A stretch of 64,000 bases of DNA from the human T2T-CHM13v2.0 reference genome, Homo sapiens: assembly GCF_009914755.1 (NCBI RefSeq), contig NC_060934.1; one strand, 5' to 3'. The position numbers and the translations under genes were made by a program. A model generated the notes under the pieces. It was not told the DNA's origin. It was given only the letters and a program-made list of their open reading frames with translations, and searched no databases. Every line of letters starts with the position of its first letter. The stretch's first letter is position 1. Of the stretch, positions 57,342-64,000 are shown piece by piece.

Positions 57342-58649
57342 AGTACTACATATTTTCATATCATTGTTAACTGTCACTTCCTCTGGGGAGACTTCACTTA
57401 AGTTAATAATCACTAATGACGTCTGGACCACTTTCTGCAATACTCTACACTATATGCAATACTAGCTATCATTTTTCATACACATGTCTACCTCCCCAAC
57501 TAGGAAGATATAGTGAGGTTTTAAAAGATAAGAACGTGTTTCAAAGGTTAATTCACTGATTAATTCAGGATATTAAGGTGATATTTATTATGTCACTATT
57601 ATTTAATAATTGATAAATGATAGACATTTCTTCATTACGTTTCTGACCAGGTTTATAGTAAAGCTCAGGTCTGAGGACCAGGAAGCTTCACCTCTAATTT
57701 AGAAACTCTTGATAGAGCAAATCCCTTTCTCTTTGAGTCTCAATTCTATAGTATTCATAAAATGCAAATAAGGTCCCTTTGGGCAGGAACTTGGAGAAGG
57801 GCAAACTAATTACCCTCACACTGCAGTGTAATTTTTGGTATGATATCCCTTTTGAATTCAGCAAATCTTGGAGGCTGTTACAGTTTATGCTCTTCAGCCT
57901 TTTTTCTTGGTAACTAGGTGGCAGTAGCTTGGAGAAGCCTCTAATCTTGGCAAATAACCATTAAAATAAAAGGTCTCTGGGAGCCCCTGGGGGAAAACTT
58001 TATCAGGAAACCAATTAGTTTAGGTCCAACCCTTGACTCTTTCTGTTCAGAATTTTAAAACTACTGCCTTATATCCTGTTTTATTTTCTTAACCTGTAAT
58101 TAATTACTGCCCATTACAAATTCCCAGACCACAGGAAGCCTTTATCTGCAACATTAGGTCACTTGGAAGAAAGATTAAATCTGTAAAGAGAGGATACTGA
58201 ATGACTGAAGGGTTTCAGGACTGAACATATTAACTCCAGAGATGGCTTCCTGATTTGGGGAATAATCCAAGACATTCTGTAACCCATACGTACAGAAATC
58301 TTCCATCACGACTGTGTGATCCGCTTGAGAACAGCAGGTGTTCCTGAAATAACTACCACTACCAAGGCTAGATTCTGGGGGATAGGGAGATTGTCAGGTC
58401 ATGGCCTTGATTGTGAAATGAGTGCAACTTCTTCCCACCAACGAAGAACTGAAGAAGGACAGATGCAGCCACTTGTATCATTATGACAGATCAAACTAAT
58501 TATGACAGATTAAACATATCTTTGTTACATGGTGAATTTTACTCGAATATAGTTTCGAGTAAACTTAGCATCTTAAAGATTTTAAAATTTTTATTACTTA
58601 GCCCTCACCCTACATACAAACAAGGTTATGTTGTATTGTAGGCATGCAT

Positions 58650-58830
58650 TGTTTCACTTAATGACTAACATGAAGTGAGTATTGTTATCCCACATTTAAA
58701 AGGAAAAAAACTGAAGTTCAGAGAAGTTAGGCAATTTTTAAGGATCACAGATTATCAGTGGTAGAGATCTGATTTAAATTGAGGATCTGCTGTTTCTAAA
58801 ATACATGTTCTTTCTGCTAAATCCTGTATA
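58650..58830 (-). mobile_element. MIR SINE
   Basis: 'tattgttatcccacatttaaaaggaaaaaaactgaagttcagagaagttaggcaatt...aaggatcacag'. Confidence 0.7.
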
Positions 58831-61800
58831 CACACATACACACACATACTATATCTATTCAAAAAATATAATTCAATTAGAGAGTGGAATATCAAAGAAG
58901 AACTTTTTCAGATGTATTTTATTGTTATCTAAAGTTGTATCTCTAATGGCTAACATGGTGGCTAGCATGGAGGGCAGGCTTAGTAGGTAGTTATTGAATG
59001 AATACTCTTGTGAGTTGTGACAAGGGAAAGGATACAAATAAATTGTTGAGAAGTACAAAGAAAAGTTGAGCTTGCTCTTAAAAAATGGGACAAGTCTGGG
59101 CACACATTTGACAGGAATTGAGTGTCAGAAAAGGATTTCCTTGCACATGGGCCCCCATGAGCAAAGTGAGGGGTTAAGTCTTAGTAATTCAAAGGGTGAA
59201 CAAAAGGTTCAATGGGAAATGAAACCATTGAAGGTGGAGTATCAGACATTAACCTAATTGTTAATAGGTAGAGAAAGAGACACTTTTTAGTTAAGGCAAA
59301 TTTTACTCCAACTGAAATCACTCTAAACATGGGATCACAGGTAAGGCTGAACTTGACAATTTGTTAAGGGATCTGATCATGCCATCTGAATTGACCTGGT
59401 GCAGGGCTTTATTCAAATGCCTTATCATAAAATGAAAATAGAGTTCTCCTTCTGTTCATCATATATTCATGTTTATTTTAATGTTTGTTCTGGGAAGATG
59501 GGCTATCACATACCTGTGAGGGCAGTGTTACAGGAGGTTAACTTGTCAACATAATTTACCTCAGGGGGAAAATGGTGTTTCTATGATGTTTATTTTTCAA
59601 CTTCAGAACAATTATAATGCATTTTAGAAAATAAAGGGAAGTCATAAGAACTCTCTAATGCAGCCTGTTCCAACAACAAAAAAAAATTTCTAAGTCTGGT
59701 ATTTCCAATCCAGACTTAGAATTTTTTTTTTGTTGGAACATGCTTCATTAGAGGATTTACTTTTAAGTGAGCAAATTTAGTGGAATTATGTCCACACTGC
59801 AAAGCCAACACTTGTTCTACAAAGCAGAGGGAAGATTGAAGCAGCAAGGGAAGTTGTCTCCCCCACATCAAGGAATCCTATTCACATTTGCTGGAGAAGC
59901 CTAACACTCGGAGAAATGAGCTGGGAAAATTTCACATCACCTTCAATTGGTCCTTTTCCCTCCAGTTTGTCATCCTTTTCCTCAACTTTTTAGTGGATGA
60001 TTAGGTATGCTTCAGGCTTTAGGTCCCTAAGAGCTTTTTAGGAATGACAAAGGAGACATGATATCAACATGTTACTGCCTCAGGAGAAGAGCCTGAAGCA
60101 GACCAGTTGGTGAAACAAAATAAGAAAGGCTGAAGTTGAAGTCGCATTTCTACACATACTTACTGGCTGTAAATCGTAATATCTATACTCATATGACTTT
60201 CTCCTATGTGTATTTATTGAATGAATGAATGAATGAGAAAATAAATGTGTATTATTTTTGCCTCCTTCTCGTCCCCTCTCAAGCACATTAATTTAGCACC
60301 TACTGTATGCTATGCCTCTAATAAATATGACCCTATCCTTGTCCTCAATGATTGTGCAATCCGATTGCAAAAAGGCAATGTGGAGGACTATGACTCAAGA
60401 TTCAACATATAAGGAAAAGAATGATTCATAGAAAGGTTAAAAACAGAGAGTGATCACCACGATGTGTTCAAAGGGTCAAAAATAAACTCCCAGCTCAATA
60501 GCCCAGGAGCATTATCCTTACTTTGCAGAGGTGATAGAGGCACAGAGAAACTAAAGTATCGTTCTCAATCAAAATTCTACTAGCAGGTAAAAAAGGACAA
60601 AAAACCCATTATTTCCTTTTATTACTATGAACTGTTTCTCAAGAAAATAGAAAATATTAAAAAACTACCATAAACAGAAAAATTCTTATGTTCAAATAAC
60701 TTATAACAATGAACACACAATGCCAGCTCACATCTGCTTAAAATACTGAACATTGGTCAAGTTTGATTTACAAATTATGACCCAGACAAATCTATAAATG
60801 CATCAAAGCTTTAGAATTCTAGCATTAAAGGTTCATTCCCCTGAAAGCAAAACACTTTCCCTCTTTCCAGATTTTATGTCATTCTACATAGTAGCCAGAA
60901 GGGACAATTAACCATCTTTTGAAGACATTAATATTTACATGCATTATAGATTATATAACCCAATCTTGATTTCCCCCTTGCACAATGGCAGTAAGCCCCA
61001 CCTCAAGAGTCCAGAACTGGGATATTCTCTAGTTCTGTAGTAGAGACTGCATACTCAGTATTGAAAAATACAGAATATTAGGGCCCTACAACACCCTCTA
61101 TTCACTTTCATAGCAAATATGATGAGGAATCCAGTAAACACATAGCCTGAATCTACCTCATAGTCCTCTCTTGCAATGAAAATCACCTGTTCTTTTTGCA
61201 TATGAAATGGAATTGAATATATGATTTATTAATATTTTAGATATTTCATCTCATGGCTCTACACACATAGACACACATATGCATTCACACATGGCAAGGG
61301 AAAGAAGTGAAAGAAGAAAGAAGAAACAGGCCCTACTCTTAGAAAACACTACACTGGTAAGCAATCGTTTGTGAGCCCCTTGACAAAGACTAAATTTTTA
61401 ATTCCCATGTCCCCAGTGCTCACATCTGGTCTCAATAATTGCTTATTGAAAAACTGAACAAATGATTCAATCTTCATTCACTTACTATTCATTTATTTAT
61501 TCATTCAAAAATATGTATGGCATTCTGTTTTGTAAAGGTAATGGCAAAATCATAATGGGGGAAGACAAAGATTATGCTGTGGGCTGGACTTACATGGAAA
61601 GGATTTACCAGAGCTATATGATAGAGTTAGAAAGGGACAATTTAAAGGAAGAAACAAACGAGGCATGGAAAGAGGGAATGTTTTACATAATGCAGTAAAA
61701 GCCAACCTAAGCATAGATTTATATGAAAGAAAATATGCTTCTCTGCACCTAGTAGGAATGTTGAGCTGCTTTGCTAGTAGTAAGCACTGTTCTCACCTGG

Positions 61801-62949
61801 TTCTCCCATTAAGATTTTGTGCTATCCTATTTCAATGAACTGCTTTAACATCCAGATAATTCAGCTCTACTTCTTCAGAAATAGCCCTTATTCCTTTCAC
61901 TAATTATTTGGAGATTTTCCATCGTTTACTTTTGTAGTTAGCAGGTGTTAAATTAAAAAGAAAAAAATATGAAAGGACCACCACCAACAAAAAATGCTCC
62001 ACTATATACATGCCCCATCACAAACTCTAGCACCAATCTTCCTTAGTCTCTTCTATTGCCGAATTCTCTGTCCTGTTTTGTACTATCATAGTGTTGCACT
62101 TGTACTTCCTTTTCAAGGTTCCCATTACTTGCATTCCTCTCTTAGCTAACCCTGAAGAAACACGCATCTGTTCTCTCTGGAAAAACATTTCTGATTCTCT
62201 GAATCTAGCCTGGGCTAGATGCAGCTCATTTTTTAGCAACCTATGCTAATATCAACAAAAGGTTCATGTTACAGAGGGAGCTGGATCTAGGGTCTCAAAT
62301 CATGCCACCAAAATACTTTTCTTTTGTTTTCTTCTCTCTTTGTTTCTATGTTTGAATCATTCTGGAGAAAACTTCTTCTTATATTGGGCCCTGAAGACAT
62401 CTCTGAAATAAAACATTCATATTTGAGATTTACTTTAACAAAAATAGCAATTAACACTTTCATTGGCCAGGACTGGAGTCATGGGCTTACCCTTAGAACA
62501 AGGATGCGCAGTCTACCCAGCCTAAATTACAGGGACCAAGAATGGAACGGGATGATATCTTAAAAGTCAATTGGAAGGAGCTTCAAAGTGTGATTACACA
62601 GAGGAAAGGATAAGTTAAACGATTATAGGGATTTAGGTGGATTGGAGACAGAGTGACATTGAAAGAGTTGGAGAACCGTACTCAACAAACACACACAGGC
62701 ACACAATACTGAAAAAAATGAAGAAATACTAGCTCTGATATTATAATAGTATTCAACAACAAAAAAGGGCCATCTTTCCTTTGTGGAACTGTTTATCTGG
62801 CAATTAACAAAAGATCTTTGCTGAAATCATGGGTTTAAGACCCAAATTAAATTTGTAGTTTTGTTAGGAGGTGCTGGACAGTAGCAGTTAGAGAACAGGC
62901 TTTTGATAATAATTACGTTGATGCAGATATTTAGCCAGAATTCTGTGGA

Positions 62950-63130
62950 CATTATCTCATTTAACCAGCCCAACAATCTGGATTATCATTATCTCTGTTT
63001 CACAGATGATGAAGAAATAGTCTTTGCAATATTAAGTAACCTGCCCAGAGTCTTACATGTGGAAAATGGTCAAAAGAGGATTTGATCTTGAATCTGTGTT
63101 TATAAAAGCTTTGTCTATTCCACTGTGCCA
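62950..63130 (-). mobile_element. MIR SINE
   Basis: 'cattatctcatttaacc...tttcacagatgatgaagaaa...ttaagtaacctgcccagagtc'. Confidence 0.7.
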
Positions 63131-64000
63131 TGAGGGCTGCTTTCCTTGTCTCCTGTTTGATTAGCAGGCAAAATTTCAGTTTTTCATTTGGCACATTGAA
63201 ATATTCCATTTTCCATCATTTCTCATATATAAACCTCCCTGACTCTAGACAATTTTTAGAGAAAATGAACCCAATTTTGCCAAGCGGCTTCTTCCGTGGA
63301 TGCTTACTGGTGAAGCATCATCCGGCAGTAGGCTGAAATCACACAACCTTAGGAAAGCCTAGTTCTTCCTCTTCCCAAGAGAATGGATGTGAAGGTGTAC
63401 ACAGACAGTTGGCTCCTATGCCAAATTTTGGCTTGATTACCAAGATGTACTGGCAATAATGTGAAGGTTTGTTTACATGGCCTATTGCCTACCTGTCTGA
63501 ACTATGGACCATCTGTGTATGAGTTGCCTAGGCAATAGGTTGGGAATGAGCAGACCAAGATTTATCTGCACTGATTGTAAGCAGAAAATGAACTTTCCCA
63601 AGTAAAGATTTGATTTTAAAAAATCAACCTGAAACAGATTCTCTAGATACAAATTATTTTGGAGAAGGGAGAAGTGACTGGTTTTGCTAATATTGCAATT
63701 TTTATGTTTTTGTTGTTCCTTAAGATAAAGCATAAATAACTGACAGAAGAGAAATGAGCTACTCAATGAATTATAAACACAAATGAGTCCATAAAATATT
63801 TACCTGCAATGAAGCGTATTTGATACTATTTGACAGTAAGTATACACAAACCTAAAACACTATTGCAACAAGAATTATTTTTAACGTGCTCCTTTTGATA
63901 TTTTTTAATTGAAGTCTACTATTGTCAAAACTTAACAGGGACCTGTTAAGTTTTGGGGTCATGTTTTTGTTACTCTCTTTTCTCCAAAAACCAATATCTT

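Noticed and set aside
58090-58195. Possible minus-strand exon (cctctctttacAG … cag|GTtaag)
   Set aside because: The donor is weak and I found no partner exons or coding signal, so it cannot be told apart from a pseudo-exon.
63295-63325. Hairpin gatgctt-actggtg-aagcatc
   Set aside because: The stem is only 7 bp with weak extension, which is expected by chance in 64 kb.

Overview
This 64 kb window is AT-rich, repeat-dense primate DNA. It is almost certainly human, because it carries two AluYb8 copies with the diagnostic GCAGTCC duplication. It is intergenic or deep intronic: I find no supportable host protein-coding exon, CpG island, CRISPR array, tRNA or intact RNA gene, and almost all listed ORFs are chance frames or repeat-derived. 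The main structure is a nested insertion stack at about 31.5-42.3 kb. An old ERVL provirus is split by an old L1M, which holds a tailless 5S rRNA retropseudogene, an MLT1 LTR, an AluSx and a TSD-flanked L1PA2/L1PA3 (36589-41070). That L1 has lost about 1.9 kb internally (all of ORF1 and most of the endonuclease) at an ACA microhomology. It keeps its promoter region and an intact antisense ORF0, has a new in-frame ATG at the junction, and was later hit by an AluYb8. Other items include a second, inverted AluYb8 about 11 kb away, TSD-bounded solo LTRs (LTR9-like, LTR18-like), MER6A and MER1B DNA transposons, a candidate ancient L1PB 3' transduction, an unexplained hairpin near 58.5 kb and one candidate non-coding exon. 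I do not see a convincingly new biological system; the best leads concern retrotransposon history and regulatory potential. Subfamily names come from recalled consensus sequences and need RepeatMasker/Dfam confirmation. Boundaries of the older repeats are approximate.
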